Positions 1 through 12,555 of a DNA stretch of 64,000 bases are shown piece after piece. The translations under genes were made by a program, and so were the position numbers. How positions within the stretch are numbered: position 1 is the stretch's first letter; each line of letters begins with the position of its first letter. The stretch is from Rhizophagus irregularis (taxonomy: Eukaryota): positions 1,612,001 through 1,676,000 of the forward strand of contig NC_089430.1 of NCBI RefSeq assembly GCF_026210795.1, given 5' to 3'. The notes under the pieces are model-generated. The model was not told the DNA's origin, did not search any database, and worked only from the letters and a program-made list of their open reading frames with translations.

Positions 1-1
1 T

Positions 2-742
2 GTTCCAGAAAAACGCCCAACTGCAATGCAAGTGTTTCAAAAACTTGATAAATGGTATCAGGATACTCAAAACAATATATGGTCAGAAGATATAAAACAA
101 TTTCTTTTATGTGATGAGGAACGATATAAATTTCGTAGCATGTCAAAAGAGAAAATTGAAGAACATTATTCTACGCATCCACAAGCAATTTATAAAAGTC
201 GATCTATGTCTCATTATATTAGTCTTATGCAATCTTGTCAAATTGATTTGAATGAAAAAGCCAACGAAAAATCAATTAATACTCCCTTGAATTCTTCAAA
301 AAAAAGATTATATTCAAATATCGGGTTGAAGGAAAACGAAACTGGCATAACGCAACAGATTATCGATATTTCACTCACTAATAATTCATCAAAGAAAGAA
401 TTATACTCAATACAAGAAAGATCTGAGCTGGAAGCAAACGAAATTAGTATGACGCAACAGATTGATATTTCACTTATTCCTAATTTACCAAAAAAAAAAT
501 TATGTTCGATACAAGAAAAATATGAGCAGGATTCAAACGAAACTGACATAACGCGACAAACCAATGACATTTCACCCAGTCTTCATTTATCGAAAAAAAG
601 ATTATACATGGAGATACAAGAGGTGGAGGATGATCATAATGAAGAAAAATTTGAATCGGAAATGAGTGAAACTGGTATAACGCAACATATTGATTTAGTT
701 TCGCTTAGTTCTTCTTCATATAAAAAGGTTCGCCGCACATAA
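2..742 (+). CDS. 3' part of a TKL-type protein kinase with repetitive C-terminal tail (5' end outside window)
   Basis: Frame is open from the window start and reads VPEKRPTAM (kinase subdomain XI-like). It contains HPQAIYKSR, the post-kinase motif also seen in the other kinases here. Four KKxLY...TQ...DIS repeats follow. Confidence 0.75.
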   Translation, partial: VPEKRPTAMQVFQKLDKWYQDTQNNIWSEDIKQFLLCDEERYKFRSMSKEKIEEHYSTHPQAIYKSRSMSHYISLMQSCQIDLNEKANEKSINTPLNSSKKRLYSNIGLKENETGITQQIIDISLTNNSSKKELYSIQERSELEANEISMTQQIDISLIPNLPKKKLCSIQEKYEQDSNETDITRQTNDISPSLHLSKKRLYMEIQEVEDDHNEEKFESEMSETGITQHIDLVSLSSSSYKKVRRT

Positions 743-2379
743 TACTTAATGTATTTATTTATTTACTTTTCGATTTAATAGTTCGTATTTCAAAAAGTAT
801 TGAAAATAGCAATGATTCATATTAAGGTTTAGATTCATAAGAGTGTATATTAATAATGACTGTACGTCTGTATAATTAATAATTTCACAGAATCTATTTA
901 GGAAATTTGTATTCTATATAACCACACCTTTGATGCTTAGGACTAGGTTAGAATAGTAGTGTTGATTTACACTCTTCCAAATTTCATTTACCGCTTATTA
1001 GCATCTTTGTATTTGTGTTTAGAAAATAAAATCCATATATTTATTACATGAAACAAAAATTGATAATACAACAAAGACGTGAAAATGACCATTATAGAGT
1101 TTTTTCTAAAAATTTTTTAGAATTTAACGGGACACAGATTTTTCGTGTTAATTTCAAATCCTAAAAAAAGCTTTACAACTTTCAATTAGATTGAAGAAAT
1201 TAATGATAATATTTAAAAATATTGACTCAGATATGGCAGAACTTTTGCTGTTAAATAATCAATAAGTTAGAATTGAACCAATTGCTAGCTTTAAATATTT
1301 GATTGAACAAGATGATTTGCTTTTTCAACAAATATTCATCCTGCAACAATTAACTTCAACCGCATTTTTAAAAGAATTTATGGAATAATTATTTTCAAGA
1401 AATAATTCATTAGCTAAATCATTAATTAAAAAAATTAATTATATTAAAAAGAATAATAATTATTAATTTATCCAATCTATAAAATCTTGTTTATATCAAC
1501 AAAGTACAAAGTTTTTTCTTTTGATACAAAACGACTTGATAGATTAAATAAAGAATTTCCAATTCTCGAAAATTTTACCAGTAAGGAAACAAATTATCTT
1601 TTTAAATTTTGGAAATCAATTAAAAAGTAATTTTATGCTTTTTGCATCAATAACTTAGAACAATTTTAGATTTTTTAATTAAACTACAAAATAAATTTTT
1701 GAATAATATTATAATTTTTCCAATTGAAAATGTAACTACTACTCAAAAAATATATTATATTTTAATATATTGACAGTGACGCAAGCATGAGATAATAATT
1801 TATTGATTATGAATGGGATGATAAAATTTTAAAATATAGTCAAAGAGATCTGAATACGAATAAAAATGCAAACTTTACATTTGATTTACAAAAGATTGAA
1901 ATGACATTATCTAGGAAGTTAAATTGTAATTTTAGGTTGGGAGATAACCATAACCAATTCTATTTAAAATTTTTCATTTAAATATGAATTATTTTATAAC
2001 TCTTCAAAAAATTCATTTTAATATTAAAATAAAAAACCTACAAACGTTTGATTATATCACTTCATCAGCAACATATAATTTTAAACTTATCTGAATTACT
2101 TTTATTATTTAAAATATTCTCTACAACATTAACATACTTATTTTAGATTTAGTTAATCAATGGTTAAAATTAGCTAGATACAATGTAACATCTATATATA
2201 TTTTTGAAGAATTTTCTTTAAAACTTATTATTGCATTTTGAAGAACAAGTTGCTAATTCAGTAATTCATAATATTGATGGTAAATTTAATAATTTCATTG
2301 ATACAAAAGATGGGATTCAATCAGTGTTTAGATCCGTTCAATCCGGATATCCTAAAATTATCCAAATATCCAAATATTT

Positions 2380-2650
2380 TTGCAGATTAATTCAGGCTAA
2401 ATTTATAATTCCGACCAGAATTATTACTCGGTTCCACAAAAAATATTTTTTTAAAGAACTAAAAATTTCCTTTTTAATAAATCTGGTAACAGTAATTACA
2501 TTATTCTGGGCCAGCATTATAAAATGACCCTAATTACATAATTTTGTATCCGTCAAGCCAGATATCCAAATATCCGTTTTTTTAACGGATAACGATACGA
2601 TAGAACTCTAGACTCAATTAATGATATAATAAAATTTAATACAAAAACTT
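2380..2650. repeat. Dispersed repeat, second copy at ~16120-16325
   Basis: Shared strings cagaattatt..tcggttccaca, ggccagcattataaaatgaccc and tatccgt...taacg. Confidence 0.65.
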
Positions 2651-3361
2651 ATTCTGCAAAAGAATTTATTCTTGATTTATTTATAGATTCCTAAAATTTG
2701 AATGTTTTTAGATTTTACATTAAGAGAAAATTTACATCACATAGGCGTGATCACGCGATTTCTCGAATTTTTTGATTGGCTAATTTTTCCATTTTATTAG
2801 ATATATAATTATAACCGAAAAAGCCAAAGAATTTATAGAAGTAAAATGTTTAATATTAATAAATCCAATTATTTAATTTATTAATATTAGTGACGGAATG
2901 CACCAAGAAATAAAATTACGAAGCTCAAATATAAATAAGAAATCAATCAAAAAATAAAAATCACAACCCAAGCACAACAAAAAACTGAATACAATAAAAG
3001 CAAAATAAAAAAACGAGACTAAAATCTAAGCATAAATGAAATCAAAAAATTCCAGTTAAAGTATAATAAATATCCTAAGTACAATGATAAAATCTGAAGT
3101 AAATTAAAAAAAACTTAAGTACAATAAAGACAAGAAAAGAAATTGCAAGCTCAATATAAAAAAAAAAATAAACAAAGCCAAGCATGTAAATAAAAAAAAT
3201 TTAAAAATCAAAGTGCAGAAAATTTTCGAATGAAACAAGCAATAATAAAATAAAGGTGTGGTCACACGGTTTTAACACATAAATTAATTATCACTTTAAA
3301 TTTATGAACTAAAATAGAATTAATAATAAAATATACTAGACGCTAACAACAAAATGATCAC

Positions 3362-4814
3362 CTAATAATTATTATTACTGATTCTAAATTCATCACAAGA
3401 AGCTTGACTATGGTTACAACTTAATTCATTGCATGACTCTCGACTTCGTTTAATAATTACTTCATGAGTTACTATACTTCGTTTAACAAATAATTCATTA
3501 TTTACCGTAGGAAGTAATCTGCTCTTGTATACGGCTTCTGAATGTATTTTGATCTTTGGTAGCTTTTTGATCGTATTACGACTACTATCAGCCTTGCTCC
3601 ACACATCATCACCTTCCAAAATATCATTCAACCATTTCTCTATTTCTCTTACAATATTTGCAATATTTGGCCTTTCAATTGGATTTTCATGCCAGCATTT
3701 TTGCATTAGTTCTTTATAACATTCAGGAGTTCCTTCGACAATTTCTGGACGAAACCCATCACAGATCTTAAGCGCAAGGTTGAAATTATGTGGAATGTTA
3801 GGAAAAGGTCTATGACCTGAGGATAACTCCCACATGATTATTCCAAAACTATAAATATCAGACGCCTGGGTGAACGGTTTGCCCCTTAACAACTCGGGAG
3901 CCATATATGGCATAACACCGTAAACATCCTTTTTGGATACTGATGAGTTTGCGGGACGGCACAATCCCAGATCCCCAATAGCCGCATAACTCACATCTAT
4001 GAGAAGATTCCCACTATGAATATCTCTGTGCATCAATCCTTCTGAGTGAATGGTATTGAGACCACGGGCAATATCCAAAAGATGATCAAGACATTTAGAC
4101 CAAGTCAAGTCGTCAAAGTTTTCAGCAAGATATTTTCCCAAGTCTCCACGTGCACAGTATTCTAAAACCATTATATATTCTTTGGATTCCGGGTTTTGTG
4201 AAATACCGTGACAACGAACAATTTCCGAGCAAGTATTAGAACTTCTGTATAATTTCAAGTGTGAAGTAATCTACAAATATAAAATTGGTGTTAAAATTGT
4301 AATTTGTAAGCAATCAAAGTATTTGTATTATAATGTATATCGATATTACCTCGCTTAGAAAGTCTGATGAAATGTTTTGAGAATTAAACAACACCTTCAA
4401 TGCAACAGGTACACGTGGCCACCTAAACCACCGTTTCTTCTCGCGATCCCAATACAGAATAGGTCCATTCGACCAGGTTGCCTTAAAAACTTGCCCAAAT
4501 CCACCCTTACTAATAAATTTGATGTCAGTGAATTGTTCGTAAGGTATCCACTCAAATGTACTCTCATAATGGGATGTGTTAATCTGGGTTTTTCTTATAA
4601 GTTCATCAACATTGTTGTTACCACTAGTCCATAAAGGAAATTCGTCAATAAAGTGCTTACTATTACAAGGTGTACACCACGAACTCCAATCATCACCAAA
4701 ACCATTTAGATTGCCGCATTCTTGACAAATTCCATTTTCCGATTCTTTATTTGACGTTTCAGAGGCAGAATGTCCTTTGTATAGAGCCTTGACCTTTGAT
4801 ATGTGGCTATCCAT
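3362..4814 (-). CDS. TKL-type protein kinase, exons 4814-4350 and 4270-3362 (about 457 aa)
   Basis: Motifs CxxC...WCxxC, WTSGN, GGFGQV, VALK, HRDIHSGN, DLG, YMAPE, SDIYSFG. A GT-AG intron at 4271-4349 joins FLSE to ITSHLK in frame. Possible 5'UTR intron at 4816-4880. Confidence 0.92.
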
Positions 4815-7149
4815 CCTATATATTGTTATAATATATGGATATGAGATGATATGAGATTATATCTCAATTGAAGGATTTACCGGTAAGTCTGCGCAGTTAT
4901 AATCTTGTATAAATATCTTAATATCAACGGGAAAAGGGTATGTTTTTACTTCTTAAAAAATTTCTAGTTTATAATCCTAGAACCGGTGGACGTGGCTAGC
5001 AAAATTGCGGCCATTAAATATCCTTCAAAATTATTTTTAAATTCCAGAATCGGGACTTCTGTAAAAGGTTAATCAATCGAAAATCACAATCGTAATTATC
5101 AATTCTGGCCTATGTGTACCATAAATATTTTTGTTTACCTTTGGGACCCTTGTAAAAACGATAATCCGTGTTTTACGTTCCATCCGTAAATGTTATTTAC
5201 GGAATTATAACCTCAAGTAATGGAAATTGCTTTCGGGAAATTCCTAACGAAGAAGAAATTTAAAGACTGGTTTCGGGTGTAAGGTCTTGCTTGACAGAAT
5301 TATTATGTCTTTGTAAAAAATTATGTAAATAAAAAATTGTACAAATTATATTTTTACAAGAATTAAACGCAACATTACCCTTATCGCACAGCCCTGTAGA
5401 ATTATGCTGATTTTATTTGCATATAATATTGATAACAATAGTACAATATTGATAATGTCGAGCATGATCCTTGTCTCATAATAATATCAGTCATATTAAA
5501 ATCACGCATATTGATAATTCTTTGTGCCAACTATAAAGTAATCGCATTGGTAAGATAATATTGTACAGTGATATTTATATTGGTTAACGCCACCTCGTGA
5601 TGTTAACCAACATAAATACAACACCGTACAAAATCTAATCATTGTCTAATTTTTTGAAAAACAGGACCAGCTCTATTTAAAATTTATTACACACTTAAAA
5701 CAAATACACAATCCTTATGTAATGGATGATTAAGCTAGAAATGAGAAAATACTATTTTTAAATGTTTTAAATAAAATATCTATAACTTTATAAAAATAAA
5801 AGTGTAACTCTAACTTTCTGCTGCCAAGGTAGCAAAAAAAAAAACAAAATTAAGAAGAAAGTAACCAGTGGTCTAATTTGAATAGCATAAAAGTGATAGA
5901 ACCATAAACGGTCCTAATTTTTGAGATCGGTTGCTTTTCTATGAAAAATTATAATCTCGCGAAATTTAATTAATACTAGGAAACGGGAACCGTTATACAG
6001 TCTGAAGTGCCGTTCCTGATTCCTGAAGTATAGCGTAAACTTTAGTAAAAATATGCAGGACAAGCAGATATCGCATATGAATACATGAGTTGATATTTTA
6101 CTTAATAATGCATCAATAACGTAACTCTTTTGTAATAATATATAGTCCTTTGTTACACTGAGGACTAATAAGGACTTCGCTTGCGTAACCAACCATAAAT
6201 TATACGTGTGCCTCAATTTAATTACAAAGACACAAATATTTGTTGTTTACATATTTCTGTTGTTTTTCTTTGTGAGTTATAATTAATAGTGTTTTTCAAA
6301 CATGGACACAAAATTTTACACATCTCGCTTTATATCACACACAAATGTAAATATTTCATAGATTTTGAAGCCAAACATCCATATTTCCAAATACTTTTTT
6401 GAATTTCAGTAAATTTTCGTGAAAACAATGATAAAAAAAGTTATTTCTTTCTAGTAAACTAAAGGATTCATTCAGTAAACCCAAGAATTTTCATGTTTGT
6501 TGGTTGCTTTATAAAATTTATTCTGCAGGTTGACTAGATGCGAATTTCTGTATCAACAGAAATAAGTTACCTCTTTAAACTGCATCCTCATACTTTCATT
6601 AACTATATATATATACAGTATGTATATGGTGCAATATATCCATCCATTCATTCACAAAAAAAAAACAAAACGTGAGGTGATCAAAGATCTATTTGTCAAC
6701 TCGAACATCCTTATTTGACACCAATTAAATAAGAATTTTTATGCGCCGGGCGGTCAAAAAATCATTATTTATTAAAATTTTTGATTCGTACTCATCCTAA
6801 TTCCTAATTCCACCTGCGAGTGTGCGACATTGGAATTTTACAAAAAATTTTCTGTTTCAGAAAAGGCAGAAGGTGTCACAAGCGTGATGAATAGTATTGG
6901 AAACTTTTTCTTTTGAAAATGTCAAAAATCGATTTTCATGTATAACAAAAAAATTTATTAATATTTATGGAATATTTTTGAGGGAGAGGAAAATAATTAT
7001 GAAAATAATTGTAAGTCAACCGATTTTCCTAGCGTAACCTGAAAAAATGTCATGAAAAATCACGTGACGTATTTTCAGGTAGTCAAGTAAAGAAATGTAA
7101 ATTTAGTAAGAAAAGAACACGTGATTTGTGCAATATTAAAATTATTAAA

Positions 7150-8130
7150 AATCCACTTCAGCAATCTGATAATTTAGAAGCGAGGGTCTGGCTTATGCTG
7201 GATGACAATTGTATTTGTGTAGCGCTAATAACTTTCATTTTGATTGAATAATAGCAATACTTAAATCTATTGCCTGCTTGACATAAAATAAATAAATAAA
7301 ATAAATCTGATAATAACTTCCGCTCACAAAATATTTATATTATGAAATTTGGCATATTATGAATCAACGCCAATATTGGTCAACTCATGATGATTCGATA
7401 AAATTGTTGACAAACGGTTTGTTACGACTTTAATGACACACCTCCTAATCGATTCCAGAAGAGTAATCGGACGAAAAGCGCGTCAAAATCTTGGAGTTTT
7501 GGGATCAATTTCCTCCAGTCTGCAGTGATATCCCCTTGTGAAAAACAAATTTTTCAAAAAAATCATGAGTATCTATTAACCTTACCGATACCGTAGAAGG
7601 GTACTTTGTTCCAGAATATACATTTTCATACTACTCAGAGGTATGGCCGTATGGATTGCACTCGCTCGGTCGGTGGCCTCGCGGACATATAAATAGTATT
7701 TGATATCTCCCCCAAAAAATTACATACCTTTTGTAAAATAACTTAGCCGAGACAGCTACAGACACTAAAAAAAATGACAAAAGCAAGAAGATTTCATTCT
7801 ACACGTGACATGCTCAGATGCTCCCATTGAGTTTCCCTCACGTTCTTCAAAAACTTTATTTGTTGATGAATAAAGTGATATCTTAGTGACGAATAAAAAA
7901 TTTATTAGGATCAGATCAATTTTTAAAGAAAAAATTTGACTTTGAGTAATAGTTTTATTTAACTATAATGATAATGTATAATATATTTTATGATAATTCA
8001 ATGTTGTTGAGACTTTTTTATTGTAAATTGAGAAATAAACAAATATTATAAAAAATCTATTCATTTTATTTCGGGATATAAATAAATAATACTAATGACG
8101 TTTACTGCGCATAGCTTATACTGCGGTAGA
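7150..8130 (+). pseudogene. Internally deleted copy of the GNAT locus at ~11710-12835
   Basis: Matches upstream flank (gcatattatgaatcaacgccaatat), gene start (agcaagaag), gene end (tttcattctacac, ttccctcacgttcttcaaaa) and downstream flank (tatactgcggtaga). About 435 bp of coding core is missing. Confidence 0.85.
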
Positions 8131-8792
8131 GATTTACATAAGCACACGCACTCACGTGATTCGGAAAAAAGGAAACGTAGCCGGTAGCCGGCTCAATGTA
8201 ATAATTCAGTGTTGTACAATCCTGGATCTTATATTCACATGACTGAAGCATCTTAGGATGACACTGGAAAGATAGTCGGGCTCAACATTACTTCGTCCTT
8301 TCATCATCATAAAATTAACTCTAGACCTGAGGTCAGTATTTGTCTGGCATTCTCATCAAAAATCTGTCTCAAATTCGTATTCTCATCCTTAAGCCATTCT
8401 TAAGCCCAATATTCTTAGCTTTAAAGACGGCAATGCGTTGTTCTAATTATTCAAGCTCGGATGTCACGATAAAATTTTTGTACACGGCAGGATCAGAAAT
8501 CAAATCCTGTGATGCAGCCTTCTAATAGCGCTTCCAGGATGAATTTGACGAATATCTAGATAAACGGTGCTCCCCAAGCTGTTTTGAATTACAGCTTCAA
8601 GTGCGCTAACTGCTTGACACCTGACAATTGTGAATGTTTTGCACAACTCTATAGCATTAAGTTGACTCTAGGTACAATAAGACAATTGAGTAATATCGCT
8701 CATCTTGCTTTCCTAAATACAAGACCTTACTACCGTAGGTAGTGAGAAAATTTTGTTCGTATGCAAGTACAACTTCAACTTCTGACATACAC

Positions 8793-10500
8793 ATACTTTA
8801 ATTTTTTGCAGGAAGGATGGCTGAACTTATTCCTGTAAAAATGTTGATCCGTGTTTTATATTTCCATGTTTTTTTTCGTGAATGTATCATTTTCATGGAA
8901 TTTATAGCCTTAAATCATGGAAATTTTCATCCCTCTAACACGGATATCCGGGAATGTATCATTTTCACGGTATTTTTACGAAAGCCACGGAGAAAGGATG
9001 GAAATATTCGGATAAAAATTTTTTCTACCAGTCACTTCATGCTTTATATCTGGTTACTAAAGCTCGCGGATAATAAAAAAGGACAATGGGTATGATTAGT
9101 GTTGCCGTATAATGTTGAAAGCACATGTGAACGGAAATGCTCAAACCTTATCATCTTGCAAGATTCAAAGTTGGCTTTACGCCTGAAGATCTCGAAATTG
9201 CGAAGTCCTCAGCCCTTCATGGCATATGGTTTTAAACGCTAATATTTATTTATGTGAGAGGCCTGTGTTGCATGCAGACTTTCTTTCACCTTTTTTCGCA
9301 TTTGTTCGGGAAAAAAGATAGAGGAAACAGTAACTGTTAACGTATATATTTCCTTCGAAATTTTTCTGTTGCACAAAGCGCTCTTGTGATCCATATATAT
9401 TGTCGCACATGAGCACATGTATGTGACGCAAAAAAAAAATACCGAGCTGGGTGCCGCCACCAATCTTTCTCTATTTCTGCAAAACACACATACAATTATT
9501 TAATAAGTCAATATAATTATTAATGTAAAGAAATTTGGAAAAAATCAAATTCTTTAAAGAGATGGTCGATTATGTATGTATTGGTGAACCATACAAATCA
9601 TACAATGCATACATAAAAAGCCATACCATACATGATTATCTTAATTTTAAATATTAAATTAAAATAAGATACATTTGTTTTCATTGTTGTTATCAATTTT
9701 GTTTTTCGCGTTAGTTTTTCAGATGTTATACAATTGCTATTAGCCAATCAATAACGCCTCACCTTTCGGTAATTATTTAGCTGGTTGGTATGATCTATAA
9801 TCCCGATGGACATTTCCAGTACATTTCCTATAACAAAAATTATTTGCTGAAATTTATATTTTTTCGAATAAGATACATTAGACATAAACTACTGTTTTTT
9901 GAGACTTGTGGTCAATAGGATGCGATAGAGTATTCACTTAGTCCCTATAAAAATTTTTCAGAAAATGATCCGTGTCTGAGTTTCTTCGGAATAAAAACTA
10001 GAAATATGATCATTTATCGGAGTTTTTTTCAGAATTTTTTTTTGGGAGTGATCAGGAAAATCTCAAATATATGGAGAAATTGGCTTAGATGAGTAAAATT
10101 CAGGCGTAAAGCCAACTTTGAGTCTTTGCAAGATGAAAAGGTTTGAACATTTCCGTTCACATGTGCTTTCAACATTATATGACAACACTAATCATACTCA
10201 TTATCCTTTTTTATTATCCGCGAGCTTAGTAACCAGATATAAAGCATAAAGTGACTGATAGAACCTATAAAAAATTTTTATCCGAATATTTCCATTATTT
10301 CTCCATGGCTTTCGTAAAAATTCCGTGAAAATGATACATTCACGAATATCCGTGTTAGAGAGATGAAAATTTCCATGATTTAAGGCTATAAATTCTATGA
10401 AAATGATAAATTCACGAAAAAAACATGAAAATATAAAATACGGATCAACATTTTTTACAGGAAGAAGTTCAGCCATCCTTCCTGCAAAAAATTAAAGTAT
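8793..10500. mobile_element. Long inverted repeat, arms ~8793-9187 and ~10098-10500; probable foldback or non-autonomous DNA element
   Basis: Arms are near reverse complements (atactttaattttttgcaggaaggatggctgaac... / ...gttcagccatccttcctgcaaaaaattaaagtat). The ORF-track peptides at 8817(+) and 10476(-) mirror each other. No TSD seen. Confidence 0.75.
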
Positions 10501-11967
10501 AAACCCAATTTGGAAAAATTTTCATATCTGCTAGTTAAGTCTAACGGTTTTGTTATCAAATCCGAATATACACATTATTAATTAACTGATTCACCTCGAG
10601 AATTATTAAACTAATTGAATTGATTTTGTAGATTGATTTATAATAAATTTTTCTTACTAAATATGTAAATATATTTACAAATTGACTATTTTCTTTATTT
10701 ACAAGATATTTATTGTCCGAAGTGTTAGCGAAGGTTTTCTACTGTCGATTTTGTGGTAACCCATTCAATTTCCTTCCTTCCATATGCTGACGTATCAGCC
10801 CTTGCTTGATTATCGTGACACTAATTTTATTTGGTGTTGCATATTGTTATATTATGCTATATTTTTTTTTATGTTGTAACAAAAAAAGATACCGAGTAAA
10901 TAAATGCGATGGTTTCCGTTTTCCTAGTATTAATGACAAAGAAATGTAAATGTATTATTTGTTTCGTTTCTTTTTCTTTAATATAAAACTAGAAAATTAT
11001 TGTTACTTGATATAATAAATAATGCTATTTTGTTAAATAATGTTATATTTTGGAATATTATTAGGCTTATTTTGTTACGTATTGATATTTATTTGTATGC
11101 CAAAAATCCATACAAGAACAAATAATATATAAAAATCTTTAAAATATTTATTACAACGTCGACTCAAAATTAAACCAAAAATAGGAACCAATAATATTCT
11201 TTATTTTACATTCGCCAAAAACAATTAGACATTCGCGAAGTTTTAAAAGTTTCTCAAAAGTTTTTTAAATAAAAAATTTTTTTTATGTTAAAAGTTCAGA
11301 AATGCGGGTTTTGACCATATGAATTTTACATATCCTTTTATGTTAAGTATTACGAAACAATGCATAAAATTCATGTGCACAATGTTTTTTTTTAATGTGC
11401 CATTTTTTTTTTGTGCACAATTTTTAAAACTTAATATTATTTAATTAACATACAGTTGTGCACAAATTTATATGTAAGCTTATTTAAATGTGCGCAAAAA
11501 ATTTTTTCTTATGTGCACATTAATTTTCTTTTTCTCTAGATTTATACACTGTCATAGTACAGAAATTGGTATTACGGGGCTATATTGTAGATCATTTAAA
11601 GTGAATAGTCTATCAACCAATCCAAATGATCGGACATAGTTTATAAGCTGCACAAAATTCAGCCAAGAGACATGTTGATCATTTGGATTGGGTGCTAAAA
11701 ATCCCGGGTTCAGCACTTCAGCGATCTGATAATAAATAGCTTGTCAAATATGGAAATACAACAAATGTGTTCCATTTATCGACATCGTAACAAAAATTCT
11801 CATTTTTATATTCCCCATTAGGGTCATAAATCTTTATACTATGAATTTTAGCATATTATGAATCAACGCCAATATCGATCAACTTCAAAAGAGTAACATA
11901 TATAAGTGGTGAATTTAGTCTCCCCTCGAAAAATTACATATCTTTTGTAAGATAACTTGGACGAAAA

Positions 11968-12555
11968 ATGACCGCACAAGACTATAGCAAGAAGAATTAC
12001 GTTGCTGATAAAACTCTCAACAATGATTATATTACCAAACGAGTTCTAACAACTGGTCCAGTTCTAGAGGTGCAACGTGCTACATTTAGCAATCTGTACA
12101 TGCGATCTTTTTCCCTTGCATATCGCGATTTGCAACTTGACCTACCGCAGGAACAAACTTTAGGTTCGTTTCTTGAACATTCCTTTAATGCTACTTGGTC
12201 TCTAATACAGTCAGGAAAACTACAATTATGGGTCGAAGTTTCTAGAGACTCTTCGGAGCTCATGGTTGGTTTCATGTGTATCCAAACGAAAGACGATATC
12301 TGTTATATCGAGCAGTTTGTAGTTCATCCAGATTTCCAACGCATTAAGATTGGTTCGAGTCTCCTCAAAGTAATCGAAGAGCGCTACCGCCTCATCTGGC
12401 TGCATACGCGTCATATTAATGAAGTTGCAATTTCATTCTACACGCGACATGGCTTTATTCGCTCAGATGTTGATGACGATGATTCGGTGTATCCCATTGA
12501 ATTTCCCTCACGTTCTTCAAAAACTTATTTGCTGATGAAAAAAGTGATATCTTAA
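11968..12555 (+). CDS. GNAT-family acetyltransferase, intronless, 195 aa
   Basis: Motif A-like IEQFVVHPDFQRIKIGSSLL and motif B-like NEVAISFYTRHGF. Confidence 0.88.
   Translation: MTAQDYSKKNYVADKTLNNDYITKRVLTTGPVLEVQRATFSNLYMRSFSLAYRDLQLDLPQEQTLGSFLEHSFNATWSLIQSGKLQLWVEVSRDSSELMVGFMCIQTKDDICYIEQFVVHPDFQRIKIGSSLLKVIEERYRLIWLHTRHINEVAISFYTRHGFIRSDVDDDDSVYPIEFPSRSSKTYLLMKKVIS

Noticed and set aside
238..570. Antisense ORFs overlapping real genes (also 3525, 4377, 12027, 16925, 55711, 61117)
   Set aside because: They overlap better-supported coding frames and lack motifs.
8817..10476. Two paralogous ~92-aa ORFs
   Set aside because: They are just the arms of the inverted repeat and have no protein-like motifs.
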